Shown: positions 39,701-53,058 of the stretch, piece by piece
How the letters are laid out: each line of letters starts with the position of its first letter
Position numbering within the stretch: position 1 is the stretch's first letter
Origin: Trichinella spiralis
Lineage: Eukaryota
Direction: 5' to 3'
Length of the DNA stretch: 64,000 nucleotides
Assembly (NCBI RefSeq): GCF_000181795.1
Contig: NW_003526941.1
Span: 2,042,232-2,106,231, forward strand
Notes under the pieces: model-generated
Told to the model about the DNA's origin: nothing
What the model saw: only the letters and a program-made list of their open reading frames with translations
The model's database searches: none
Position numbers and translations under genes: made by a program

Positions 39701-42695
39701 TCCGAACGTATCATCATCACTAGACGGTATTGGTTCAGCTAATGCCGTAGAAAGCTGCTCATCAACAGAAGCATCGATAGCTAATTGTTGTTCATTATCA
39801 TTATTAAATTTTTCTTCATCAACTTCTTCATCCGGTTCTTCCACAGGCACTAATTCAGAAATAGCTTGATCATCGGCAAAAGATGCACCGTCTAAAAACG
39901 GATTCGAACTTTCATCCCCGTAAAACGTTTGGCTTGATGCTTCTTCGTCCATTTCAACGCCCGACGCTTTATTCATAACGCTAAAACAAATATTTCAGTT
40001 AGTTGCTCACGAAAAAAACATTTTTTGTCATAATTTATAAATTATCACTTCACAAACTGTTGTAAATTTGCTATATAAATTTATAAATAAATTTAAAACT
40101 AACTGCCTAGGGAATAATACGAAAGGGTCCAGAAATATCTTGTTCAACATTAATGAAAATATTGATTGCAGAATGTTGTTTTGCAATACATTTATAAACA
40201 TACATACATATACCTATTATAAATACATATTCTTTATAAGAAATAAGAAATTTTGTTTCAAACAACAAGAACATTCAAAAACAGTAACTGTTTGAATATT
40301 TTCTTCAAAAAATATTTATAAAAAATCAATTGCAAATTGAATCTGTTTACTATTATTTCGTTAACTAATGCAAAATCTGCAAAGTTTGCTTTCAACTAAA
40401 AAAATTATTCAAAATCAATCAATAACTCAGTGTAATCAATTGTTAATAAAAAAGATTATAAAACTGATCCTACGTGAACTATAGAAAATACACAATGAAA
40501 AAAAACAAAAGAAGAAGAAGAATGCGCCAATTCAAACATTAACTTCATGAAAAATTAATAATTATCAAGCTTTTCAGCTAGCTGATTTCTGATCAAAAAA
40601 TGCGCAGTGCTTTTTCTTTTTCATACTGACATATATTCTCATTCCAAGGCAAAACCTCACATTATTATTATTATTATTACTATTGATCTGCTAATCAAGA
40701 ATCAATACCGCAGAAAATGAGAAATAACAATAAACAAACAAATAAAACAATAAGCAAAACTAAACATGAAAAACGGATTGATTGTAGTCATTTCAGAAAA
40801 CATGACAATTTAGCAATTGTCGCCAAATCAGCTCAGCTTGCCTGCAAACGAAACTCAATTTAATAACAACCTAATCTGCTCATCCAAACTCCAGCACTGG
40901 CTGATTGGGAAAATGAAATTCGCACGATTCAACATTTTACCTTCAATACAATTATTGAATGGTCTCATTTCTCCTCTTCTTCTTCTTCCTTTTTTGTTCT
41001 CATTCTCATTTTTATAAAGCTAAACTACTATATAATGTTGAAAAAAAAGAGATGAATAAATAGTCAAAAAAGGAGAGAGGGAGAAACCGAAACAATATTG
41101 AAACTATGTTAGTGAAATTAACTATACAACATATTATTATTATTATTATTGCCTATTGAAATTTCCAACTTTTATTGTATGGAAGCTTGATCATAAGTGC
41201 AGATACTTTGATTTCAAAAAGAATTAATTACGAAAGCGCAAATGTTCAACACATAGACTAAACTTCACGCGAGGGATTCAGCCAATGGAGTGGATTCAGC
41301 AGCGGTTTTTATCTAAAAGCTGATTATTGTATTTATACGGAAGCTTTCAGCTTGTCACGAACAATCAATGCTGGCCGTGATAGTTTTCCAATAACAAGTT
41401 GGGAGGGCTGTTTAACGCCCTCCTGTCGATGCTTTATAGATTAAAGATTGGGAAAACGTGTTCAAGCATAAAGTAGAACAAATTTCGAATCATTGCAATT
41501 AATTTGAAAAATTCAATTTCAAGTGAAAAACAATTTTTAATAATTAATGAATACTTTTTTTCACTTACCTTTGATCCGTTTCGTTTGAAGAGAGTTCAAT
41601 CTCTTGGGTTTGCAAAAGTGGTTCAACGTTTGTCCATTCGGTTGGGTCGGTTTGATCGTAATTGAAAAGTGATGAAGCAGTAGTGTCGGCCGCGGGCGGT
41701 GGACTCGAAGCCGCTGGTTCGGTTTGGTAAATTGGCCTCTCATTCGACTGGCTGAAAGAGACCACTGTCGCTTGGTCATTATCATCATCATCTTCTTCTT
41801 CTTCTTCTTCTTCTTCATGTTCGCCTTCAACAGCGGTCAAAGTAATCGACGGGGTTGTGGTTGGTTCGTCGACTTCGATGCTTTTCCGAATCGGCGCCGT
41901 AAAAGATTCACCCGCATATTCGCAGTTCCACTCGTCACCACTGGACGACGGAGATTCGTCACCCCCACCAGTGGCAGCAAGCTGCAAATCTTCCTGATCG
42001 CCCGGTATTTGCACTACTGGTTCAACGACGTCTTGTGTATCCGATTCAGGAGACGAATAATGCTCAAGTTCGTCAAGACTATCTTCCTCATGTTCTTCAT
42101 CTGCATGTTGTTGCTGTCTTTCATCTTCCGCTTCTTCTCGTTCTAGTTCATTTGCATCGCTTTCATCAACAGCACCGTTGGAATTGGTCGACGGCGAGTG
42201 GACAACAATGGTCGGCTGCTCTTCAATAGATTCCTGACTGGTCAATAGCCGCTCTTGTCCAATTTCAGCGAGTCCGTCTAGCCGCATATCGGCCGGCGTC
42301 ACTTCACTCAAGCCGATTTGATCCAGATCAGGAATTGGTCCACTGTCGTCGTCGTCATCGTCGGATGTATCATCGGCACCTTCGGTTTCAGTGGACGAGG
42401 CAGACGAAGGACGAGATGGCAAGGTCGATGGTGCCAGTGATGGTGGCGGCAACGATGCAGTCGCGTCAACAGTGGAAGCGGTCGACCTAGGCAGCACCAT
42501 AGGCTGTTGCGACAGTTTGGAATCTTCATCCGCAGCGCGCCTTTGCACAGCCAAAATGTGCGCCCGTTCAACTTCGGACAGACCCGCCAACGGATCCACC
42601 GTCGCATTAAACTGAGGTGCCAATACCTGCGTCCGCAGTTGACTGGCCGTATGACTGACCGCGTGAGTGATACCACCGAACACTTTGCCAAACAT
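21693..42695 (-). CDS. cla-1: Piccolo/RIM-family presynaptic active-zone scaffold (clarinet/Fife-like): N-terminal helix, 8-Cys zinc finger, coiled coil, PDZ and C2; multi-exon
   Basis: N-terminal [21 protein letters not shown]. Zn finger CPLC...CGNC...CSKC (37403-37596) plus WLCGIC...TNGRWY (about 37151-37221). Coiled coil [23 protein letters not shown]. Piccolo-type [35 protein letters not shown]...[10 protein letters not shown]2 domain LRVCFD...[12 protein letters not shown]|...[20 protein letters not shown]...[11 protein letters not shown]...FLGKVII|...WHPLQQFL*, stop at 21693-21695. The start codon is approximate and the orthology is inferred. Confidence 0.8.
22342..31938. repeat. Near-identical 4.8-kb tandem duplication (22342-27143 and 27154-31938) flanking a 10-N gap; probable assembly artefact
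   Basis: The same ORFs recur at an offset of about 4.81 kb. Indels are concentrated within a few hundred bases of the gap on both sides. Confidence 0.9.
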
Positions 42696-45348
42696 CTCGT
42701 CCAAGTTTTTGATTCTTGTTTTTTTGCTTATTACTTTCTCAAATGCTAATGCTTCACTGTCTCATTAAGTAAGTTAACCAACTCTGGGCAGAATGAAGCG
42801 CTCAATGACGGCTGCTTCGACAGAGCCGGCTGGCGGAAATGGTGGCAGCCAGTCGAACTCCCATTCGAGTAGTCGGTAGACGTTTGTGAATCGATCGATG
42901 CGCACAAGCCAGTGTGCGGCATCTTTATTCACTGCTCCAGTCCGACTGAAAAGTCGATAAAAGCGTGCACGAATCAACACCACAAAATATCAATCAATCG
43001 CACCCAACATGCCTGGAACCTCTGCCCTCAACCGTCTGACCAAAACACATACAAACATCCTAAACTGAAAATCAAAAATGCTACATCATTCAATGCGACC
43101 AATTTTCATTCATTGAAAAAAAATTCTTTTTTATAACAAATGAGAAAAAGTATTCATTGCTTGTATGCATTTTCAACATTTATGACAGATTAAAAATTTT
43201 TTTAAGTAAAACATTAAAATCATAATCAAAGACACAATTTTCTCATATCAAGCAGAAAAATATAGATCTATTTGAAAAATTTCCATTTCACCTCTTGCAC
43301 TTGCTGATCACAATCATTGCCAGATCTTCAATCAGGCGTCTAATTTCAACTCACATGCTTGGAATCACCGCATTTCATTTAAAAATGAAAACTATACTAT
43401 CAGGAGAATAGCAATAAATTTTGAACAGCAATGCAAATTGAAATTGTTATTGGCATTATTAACAACACTGTTCAGAATTATTTGATTTATATTATAGTTT
43501 AGGTAAATTTTTCTTCACTCAATTCAACGAAATGAACTGTTATTTCATGGATGTTTAGTTTACATAGAACATATACAACTTCATAGCTTATACACTTTTC
43601 TCTTTTCATAATTGAATTCGTAATAATTTTCCTATAAATTATGCTTCGTATAAAATTATATTTAAAAAAAAGAGGAATTATTTATTTATTTATCCACCAA
43701 ATTTCAATCATCAACTATCTTGCGAAATGTAGATTAAACTGATACTGGAGCATCAAATTACAGGAGGCAAATTTTCAACCGCTTTTTTCACCAAAAAAGT
43801 ACCATTTGTACTTTTATTGGCGTCACCAAAGTGCACATCAATTAACACAAAATCCACTTGACAGTCATGGGCTTCAAGTTAAAATCAACTCGTCGATTCA
43901 TTTTGAAAATTCCACCTTCCATTGAAGGACTTGCTCAGCATAGTTACAGTAATCAAAATTGCAAGTACTTTTTCCGTGGTTGTGGTAGTATCTTTTTTAA
44001 TAAAAATAAATTTCCAATCATTATGAATTTTCTTCAATTTATCAATCGAATAGCAATATCTCTAGCCAATGTCAACAAAATTGAATTCAAATTCTTCACG
44101 CGCGTACACACTTATATACGTTAAAAGATAAAAGCTGCTATGACGTAATAATTCAAAATTATCAGCGAATGTTTTTCGCTGTTTAATAAAATCAAATTCA
44201 ATGATGTCGACAAAGTCTCACAGTTTTAAGCACATAATAAATTGCCTTTGATTATAAAAAATACGTCAGGATCAAACGTGGACAAATCAAAGGATTGAGA
44301 ATTTTGTTTTGTTTTGTTTGCTTTGAAAATTAAAAACATATTTCACGATGAACGCTTTTACGTCATCTAATTACGCTGCCAAATGGGATGTTTGACGATG
44401 AATCAAACCTGCACGCGGGGCACTTCAGTGCATTGATCTACTAATTAGACGTAAAACAAAAAAGAAAAAATAAATTGCACGTCCTCTTTGTCTAATAAAA
44501 CAACAATTCACAAACTGCAACTGCTGAGATTTTGTGCTGCTGCTTTGCTTCAGGCGGTGCTAGTTTTTAATTTTGTTTACGACTTTTTGATATTCAACGA
44601 CGTTCGACTGTATGTGATCAAAAATGATATAATTTCCACCAACTACAGCAGCAATAAATTTCCCATAATTTTGCTCACAATTGAATAAATGGAAAAAGTG
44701 CAACAGAACACAACAATCAGGCAAAGTAGGTAAAGAACAAAAAACAACATTTACATAATCTCATTTGGACAACTGCTTTTCATTTTTTAAATTTTGCGTA
44801 ATGTTCGTTTGTGGGCAGTCAATTTGCTGATAAAAAATCAAAAAACATTTCAACATATCAAGCAGTAAAGTGAACAAGTGAAATTTCAACCTACGACGCT
44901 GCTGTGACAATGTTGAATATGCAAAATAGCGTGTAGAATACAATACAAATTCTGCTCAAACTCCCCCTCAAAAGGTGGAATAAACAAGAAATATGTTAAA
45001 AACAAATAAGTAAATAAAAACAACCACAATCAAGGAAAGAATATTATTATTAGCCGACGATTCGGGTTTCAGTTCAATTCAAGTATGCATCTTCCAAACG
45101 CATCTGCTTGAAACGGAATACGAAAGCAGTAAAAAGCATTTAAACTTCTCTTCGGCTTGTTTTGCGTTCTAAGAAGGAGTACAAATGCACCAATGCCAGC
45201 CTGATCACTCTGACGTAACTGGTTTATTGCCCAAACCGTAAGAAAATGGTGATGATGTAATAATCATCTTTTCGTTCTTGTAGAAAACTAACGTTGTCAA
45301 TGCTCAACGTCAAATCGACCCGACATTTGTGTTAGCGTTTGCTTTCAG

Positions 45349-45887
45349 CGCTTCAAAATCAACACAACTACCCACCACCACCACCATTCGTTCACTATTT
45401 CCAATCAATCCAATGGAATTGTTGTCTACCTCTCGGTAAGTAGAATTCATTAATTTTCCAACAATCACTGGTAATAATTTTCAAGTTGAAATCAAATAAA
45501 ATTCACAAGTTCAAAAAAACATCCTGCATTTGTCAAATAAACTTTCCCCAATAGACAGACAGATATGCATATCTATTTTGCACATTTGCAAAATATTATA
45601 GTAAAATATATTATTGAAGATAATGCAGTATGTTTGCCAGATCAATGCACGGATGTGTCATTTGATCCAATGGAGTGCCTTTTTCACCTGCGCGAATTCA
45701 TGTTTGCCGTTCACGCGTTCAAACAACTGCTAACGAACGAAACAAACGTGTTCAGCGTTGTAAACAGGGCAACTGTGCAGAATATCATAAATAACAACAA
45801 ACGCTTATAGCATGCTTCAGCAGAAGAAAAACAGTCACATTCAGAAGAAGATCCATTCTGTTCTAGTTTCCATGCGATAATTGAAAA
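45349..45887 (+). CDS. Possible internal exons of an unannotated small gene
   Basis: Exons 45349-45435, 45641-45759 and 45811-45887 have plausible AG/GT borders and join in frame: ..LQNQHNYPPPPPFVHYFQSIQWNCCLPLDQCTDVSFDPMECLFHLREFMFAVHAFKQLLTNETNVFSVHASAEEKQSHSEEDPFCSSFHAIIE. No start, stop or homology was recognised. Confidence 0.3.
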
Positions 45888-48141
45888 GTAAATTTTCTAA
45901 TATCGAAGTTTACAGAAATAAATAGCTGCAACACTTTTCTGCTTCACCAAGTGCACAGTTATATGAATATTGATAAAATGCTTGAAAAGTAAATCTATTG
46001 ATCACGGTAAAAATTCCAACAGGCCAAAAACAATTACCGCTCAACAGTCTCTTACTACTGCAAAAGCGCGTATCCCCAAAAATTAACTTCACAACCTGTA
46101 AATCAATATATCATTACCGTACGAAAATTTTAAATTTTTTTGGCTTTTGTTCAAAATAAATCAAAAATATTCTTTCCTATTTTAAAAATCATCTCTTTAA
46201 CAAAAAAGTCAATTTTTTTAACATAACCAACTTGCTTTCCTTCTTAATACGCGACAATTAGCTTCAAATAAAAATGTACAATGAAAATACTTTTCATAGC
46301 TTCAATTATTGATATTTCAAAAAGTAGTCAATCTTTTTGTTTGAAATGAAAAGAGCTATTTGCCATTCAACTTGAAACGGGCAGTAAGCAATAAATGAAT
46401 TATATCTTATCAGTTGACAGATGTTGCAACACCTCAATTTTAGCAATTCTTTGCAGATGTGATTCAGAAGATAAAAATATAATTTTTCATGACGGTAATA
46501 CGATTCTTTGCATGCAGAGAAGAATGTCATTGTCGAAAAATGCATACTCAAATTTCCACTTTCATTATTTGAAAAAAAGAATTGCATGGAAATAGCTGTG
46601 AACTTTTGGCACCAATATATACATGTACACATGAATGTTATTATACAGCCAGATTTTAGATTTATGTTTTACAAACAGGAAATTGTAAAGTATTGTTATG
46701 TGAAATTTTAAAGTTTACATTTACATCTTCTGACGTTCGAAATCTTCTGCAAAGCAACTTCTTAATTAGTTTGTTCGTAGTGGGGAGATTGAAATAAAAT
46801 TTCAAATTATTCCATTATTAAAAGTCCAATTTCATCAGAAAAAATTTCAACACTGAAAAACTATTTCCTCATTTGACGTTGCGCATGAATGCTTAGAGTT
46901 GGCGGAAATATGGTTAAAAAATTGTTTGAAAAGTCCTGAAATTGCTACGTGTTCGTTCTTCCGTCTGAAACTGAAATGATGACTCTTATGCATTTTCAAA
47001 CCTCTAAACATGGAATTTTTGCCTGTGAATATTTTCATTTCTGTATTTAAAGAAAACATTAAAATTGAAATAAAAATCAGCAAAATGGAAACTTTTTTCC
47101 ATTCAGCAGTGTTAAGCTGGCAGAGAGAAGAAATAGAAACGATCGTTCGACTTAATAACAGCATATTCATGTTATAGAAATAGCGTTGCACTTCCGTTCC
47201 TAAGGCGATGCTTTAATTTCAACTAAAATTATATCATTAAATAAGTCAAAAAGAAGGATCTTTCCTTTGAAAATAGTTAATTTGAAAATGAAAATTTTTT
47301 CCAATGACACCATACTGTTCCATTGGATTTCACTCTGAATGATAGATGTAACATGAACTCAATAATTATGAAAGAGGAATTTTACGGTAATTTCCAGAAG
47401 AAGAGGTGAAGTGAAAAATGCTTAGGTTGTCTGCAACTTTTGACGACACCAAACAACTGCCAAGATTCGTGTTAATCATCGACGGCTTCCACGCCGCTAC
47501 GTGGGTAGCAATTTTCAACACGGCCTTGTCTCAATTATATACTCGGCATTAAGCTGGCTGAGTAATTCTGCCGACTAGCTAGCTAGCTAGCCTATTAGCT
47601 AGCTAGCTAGCTAACGAGCTAATAGAGCTAATAAACGAGCTACACTTTCGTTTGATGCATTATTGCCGTTGCATTTTCGGCGCAATTGGCAACGAGGTGC
47701 TCTGATTGCCTCGGGTCAGCTGCGCCGGTAGTTCCACAACTTTCAACGTTGATTTTCCTTGCTTGCACACTCGCACTGGTCAAACGTCTCAGCAAAACTT
47801 TCGCTTAACAATATATTCATCGGGTAAGAATTGTCACCAGTAGAATAATGCATCCACTTTTATAACCAAATAATAATACTATTACTAATTTCTTCCATTC
47901 TGCACTTTCAAAAAAATTTCTTCACATCCGGCTTTTCTTTTTCACTACATTCATTTAGTTGTTTTTTCTGTTCCTCTGCTTGCTTCTCAGAAATGAAAAG
48001 TAACTCGCGTTTGTTATTTGCTATTTCGGTTCTTTTTCACGCCCACGCATCGCGCTAATCATCAAATAATTGCAATTGAAAAGCATATTGACAAACAACA
48101 CCACACTGACCACAAGAAGCAAGCCAAGCAAAATTTGAACG

Positions 48142-51100
48142 ATGATGATGATGGAGACGCTGCGTTTGGGAATGGTCAACGACCAGTCGAGTTACAAGAA
48201 CGCGTTGTTCAGGTCAGCTCAGATGATGATTGCCAAACTGAAAGGCAAGCAAGCAGCACGTGAAACACTTGACAAATTGGCTGTTTATCCCGAAATGGTA
48301 AAGTGAGTTCAAGCTATACAAGCAGAACACACGCACATACAGAAGGAGAGAGAGAGAGAGAGAATGATGAAATGGAAACGTAAAGCGACCCTTTTCTTTA
48401 TTGATGATATCTATTTATACAAAATCGGTGCCAGGCAATTGAAATTATTTGACAATAAATAATAACTCGTGTAAAATCAGTGCAGGTATCTTTCAACTTC
48501 TTCTTCTTCAATTTCATGAATACCAATCATTTATTGCCTACTTGAAACTATTCATTTCGTTCGTCACCAGCGTAGAATAAACTTTCTATAATAGTAAAAT
48601 TCTCCAATATATCGTGTGCACACGCTATTCATATGATAAACCATTCAATTCGATTCATTCGATCACTCTACTCGTTGATATGTAAAAGATAATAAATAAT
48701 TTTCTTTGCAGACTGCCCAACGCTCCAGAAGAAACAATAAAATTTCAATACGACGCTTTCACACACACCAACAACGGTCATTTGACCATTGAACAGCAAC
48801 ATCAACAACAACAACAACCTGGTAAGCTTTTGCCGTTGGTAAATTTTTGATTTTCATTTACTCCATTTACATTGCTCCAGGGGTTATCAATATTCATTTT
48901 CATTAGCCACATTAAATTAGCCGATTAGAGCAAAAGGCTGATTGATTGTTTTCCTTTGGCATAATGCTAGACGTTTTCAACAATTTTACGTCCAATAGCT
49001 GTCAGAGCTGTTCATTTCAAATGTAAACATTGAACATTCTGATCATGCAAAAAGCTTGCAACGCTTAAGCTAAGTATTGAAGAAGAAGAAGAATAAGAAA
49101 AAAAATTAATTGCTTTTTCATGATCAACATTTCAAACATATAATTTGTTACACAATCTAAGTTTCACTGAAGTAATTAGCGCCAAAAAAACAATCATTTA
49201 CATATGTACATATGCCGTATGTATGTAATGATCAGACGAGAGGAGTTCCGTTCCCACTAACTGACTAAATCGACAAACAAGAGAAGCAAAAGTTAGTTGT
49301 TGGAAATAGAAATTGGCCGTCCGTTTTGACTATTTGTAAGAAAAGCAACAAGCGCTTTAACAAAAGCATGTTTTCTGCTAACTTTCCAGTCTGAATTTAC
49401 TTTTCCTCTCGGACCACCGGTTCAGTTTACCAGATAGAGACGACCGGACGTCGAGGGTCATCGATGGGTGTGCATACCGGTAAGCGAGACTAGTTTCCCA
49501 AAGATGCTTGCCACACGCTTCCAGTTAAGCCTGGCAAAAGCGCAAAACGACCAACTGCCTGCCTTCTTGCCCTGTTGCACAATAAATAATAAGCTGAACT
49601 TAGTCGGCTTGTTTCTCCCTCCCTCCATTGATTTCTTTTTCTTTTCTCTGCTTCTTTCTGACAATTCCAATCACAGCCATGAATCTCGCATCTACTAGAA
49701 TACCTTCATGGGCAATGGATTTGTTCTTTTCAGATCGTCACTTAAATACTGAAAACAGGGATAATTTTCTTCCAACCATCGTTTATCACAACCCTAGCGC
49801 GGTGTCAAGACAATATCAACGCCCTACTGTTAATTACAACAACGACTACTCCTATTGCTTCCAAGATTACAACAATTATCCCGCCCAATCGTATTATTCT
49901 TCCGGATCGCAGACCGTCATCGACAGAGGCCGACGTCCAAGGAACATGCTGCGCATTAGTCCCAATTCAGCGTTCTCACCCATAAGGAACGAATCCAAGT
50001 ACAACGACTGGGCAGTGCATGCGGGGCATCCGCTGATCGAACCAATCGCCATCAAGCCTGTACCGGTTCACATGGACGCTGTGCACGTACATCCCGCCCA
50101 CAGAACATACCACACAGAAAAGTGGAAAGTAAGTCAAATAAATGCAACGATGTTGTTTTTCTTATTTTTTAAAAATTACTTTCATTTGAAAAATTCACCA
50201 AATCACTCGCTCACCGCTACTGCGCATGAAAATGTTCAAACTAGACAACAAATTGCTGCCATTGAAAAACTAAATCAACACTTTGTCAAATAATATGATG
50301 AAATCAAAAATTACCATTGGATCACAGATGCGTTTTTCTCAGCCAACAGTATGATAGATTTTTGTAATAGAAAAAAAAATTAAAGAAGAAACCAATTTTC
50401 CCTTATCAGATGAGAAAAAGTGACACAGAAGAATACTTATGCAAGTTCAAAACACGACAATTCATTTTTTGAAAAAAAAACAACAACTTCACTTACCGGT
50501 TGACTTTTTGCTTTTGTAGGAGCCGAAGCATTTGAAACCACCACTTTCGGAGATGTTCATTCCGCCGAGAGCTACGATGACCACGTTGGTTACTGGTAGT
50601 CCACGTCAGCCGACTTATGGTAAAACTCAGTTCGACTGGCCAGCATCTTTCGACCAAACTTTGGACTGTCCCGACGACGGATACCAGCAGACGTTGCGGC
50701 CGACCTATCGTCGGCAGGGTACGGTGCCGGACAGTTGGTCGAGCGGTCATCCGCAGTTGGCAGCGTTGTCAGTTGGCGGTCAGCAACGTAGCAGAGCTTG
50801 GACGAAGCAGACGAGTTCGTTCTGCGAACCGGACGTGGAGACGGTTCACTTTCGTCGGCGGCAACAGTACAACTATCAGCCGCCGGTCAAGCCTTCCTTG
50901 TTTACCGGTTCGTTGAATCGTCGTGCTGACAACGAGTCGTCCACGGTTCTTTCCAGCTGGCGCCACTCCGGACCCGGGCAGCAGCAGCTTAAACAGCAAT
51001 GGACGCTGTGCGACGAGCCGACGGCCAGATCGACGGTACTGCCCGTACCGTACGACGAACCGTTCACGGAGCACAGGCAGAGACGTTTGGAACGACGCGT

Positions 51101-53058
51101 CACCGTTGGTTCCGGTTCGAAAGATTTGCCGAGCTGTCGTCCAACCGAGCCCCCAATCGGTGTACGCATTCAGCCGAGAGACAGTATCGCTTTGGCCAAA
51201 AAGGACCTCAAGTTGCAAAACGGCAGATCACCAAAGTGCGTACAGTATAGTACCATTTATCGCTTCTACAGTAATACTCGTCTTTTATTTCTACGGTATT
51301 TTTTCTCCTTGGCAGGATGCGTGTGAAATCGAAACATGTCAGCTTCTTGTTGCTCGACAAGGAAGAAGACCACAATCGAAGGGTTCCGGTCGAAGCGGAC
51401 GAATTCAAAGTGACGCCGGTGCAGCGAAATGGAATTGTCGATTCAAACGTCTTCTTTCACAACGCGATCGAGTCGTTGCGCGGCGGCAACGTCACCGCCA
51501 AGACCAAACTGTTCGAAGCACTGGCCGACAGTGCCCAACGGTCAGCGGTGCGCTACGATCCGGCACGGTCACCCACCACAGATCAGTCATGCAAGGAGAA
51601 CAACAGCAATGGTCGACGGGCATCGGAATGCTGGCTAACATCGGCGGCGCGTCAATTCCATCCTGACGATCTGGTCGGTGTCGACCACCACTGGGACAGT
51701 GTGGAACCGCTGCAGTCCTACCCACTGGTGCATTACCACTCCACGCCGAACGTCCAAGTCGACCAACCGCCACTGGTACCACTGAGCCGATACCCGTCGG
51801 TCGGATCCACGCTGGCCAACGGCGCCGCCGCCGCCCCATCCTGCGTCGCTGACGAATCTGACGAACCGTACGAAGATGAGTTCAGCAAGCTGTCGCTGTT
51901 GCAAAAAGCGCGTCTGTTCGACACGACAACAGCCGCCAAATCTGTACAAAAGCGTCGCGACGACACTCGTTCAGTAACGCAACCAGTCACGGAGGTAAAC
52001 GCAACGACAAATGAAAATGACCTTCTCTCGCCACCTTTTATATGCAACATTTAAAAATTGGTGGCATACTTTTTGAGTGAACTTGAAAGTCAATAACTAC
52101 AAAGTACATTTAAAAGTTTGCATATTTTTCATAAATAGCAAAATTTCACGATAATTTAAACAGATAAATAAGAAATAAATTTTATTTTAAACAATAATAA
52201 TTGAAAAACACTATAAAAATTATTTTCAAAATTTCTATGAAGAAAAGTAGTTAATAATAAGCAGCAGCTGTAGAAAAGAAACGGGTTTTGTAGAATTGTG
52301 GAATTTTTTACTTTTTTATAATTAATTAATTTCAACGTGCAATTTGTTAAACACAGCCGGTGTTGAACGGCATGAATGAACAAAATTTCGAGTTACAGTA
52401 ATATTATTGATCGTATGACCATTTTCGAAAAAATAACAGTTCAGTTCAGTTTAAGCTTTTATTTAAATTGTAATGAAATATTTAGGAAGATTTGAAGTCA
52501 GCTCGATCGTTTGTTCATTCTTTTATCGGCTCGAAGCTGACCGGCTCTGTGGTGAATTTGACTCCAAATGTGAATTATTCGCATCAGAACGCTTCTGGGA
52601 TGGAAAAGCGTTTCACCAGTTGTAAGAGTCTATTGTTTTTTTTGTTGTTTTATTTTCTTTTTTTAAATTTTATTTAAATCACAAAAGTCACCTTTTCAGG
52701 CAACACTTTGGTAGATGAGAACGCAACACCTACCGTGGTGAACACGAAGCAAGAAACGTTGTCGTCGTCCACGTCGCCTAGTCAGCCTTCGGAACCCGTG
52801 ACTAGACGCATAATGAAGCCGAGACGGGTTGTCTACTTGCATACGGAAGAAGAAGCGGAAGCGATGTCGAAAAGGAGTGAAGTTTCATCATCGGATGCGG
52901 ATCATGATTCATCATTTCTGAAAGACTGGTACGACTTTTTTGTCTTCTGTTCGAACATTTTATGTATTGTTTTGTTGGTAATTTTGTCTGTCGACTGATT
53001 TCTTCTCTTTTTCAGGGATCTCAAAAATGCTCTGCACAGCAAAGAGACTCCTCTGTGA
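48142..53058 (+). CDS. Large, mostly disordered protein with supervillin-N-terminus-like motifs and a C-terminal class I PDZ-binding motif
   Basis: Exons 48142-48212, about 48712-48821, 49734-50128, 50520-51235, 51316-51994, 52486-52621, 52700-52928 and 53016-53058 join in frame with GT-AG borders. Motifs VTAKTKLFEAL, SKLSLLQKARLFD and TRSVTQPVTEEDLKSA. The protein ends ...HSKETPL*. Confidence 0.7.

Noticed and set aside
47574..47642. (CTAG)n/(AGCT)n palindromic run
   Set aside because: A simple tetranucleotide repeat, not a CRISPR array or a recognisable transposon end.
50493..52050. Many overlapping ORFs in alternative frames and on the antisense strand
   Set aside because: They are explained by GC-rich coding exons of the plus-strand gene; only one frame joins through the splice sites.
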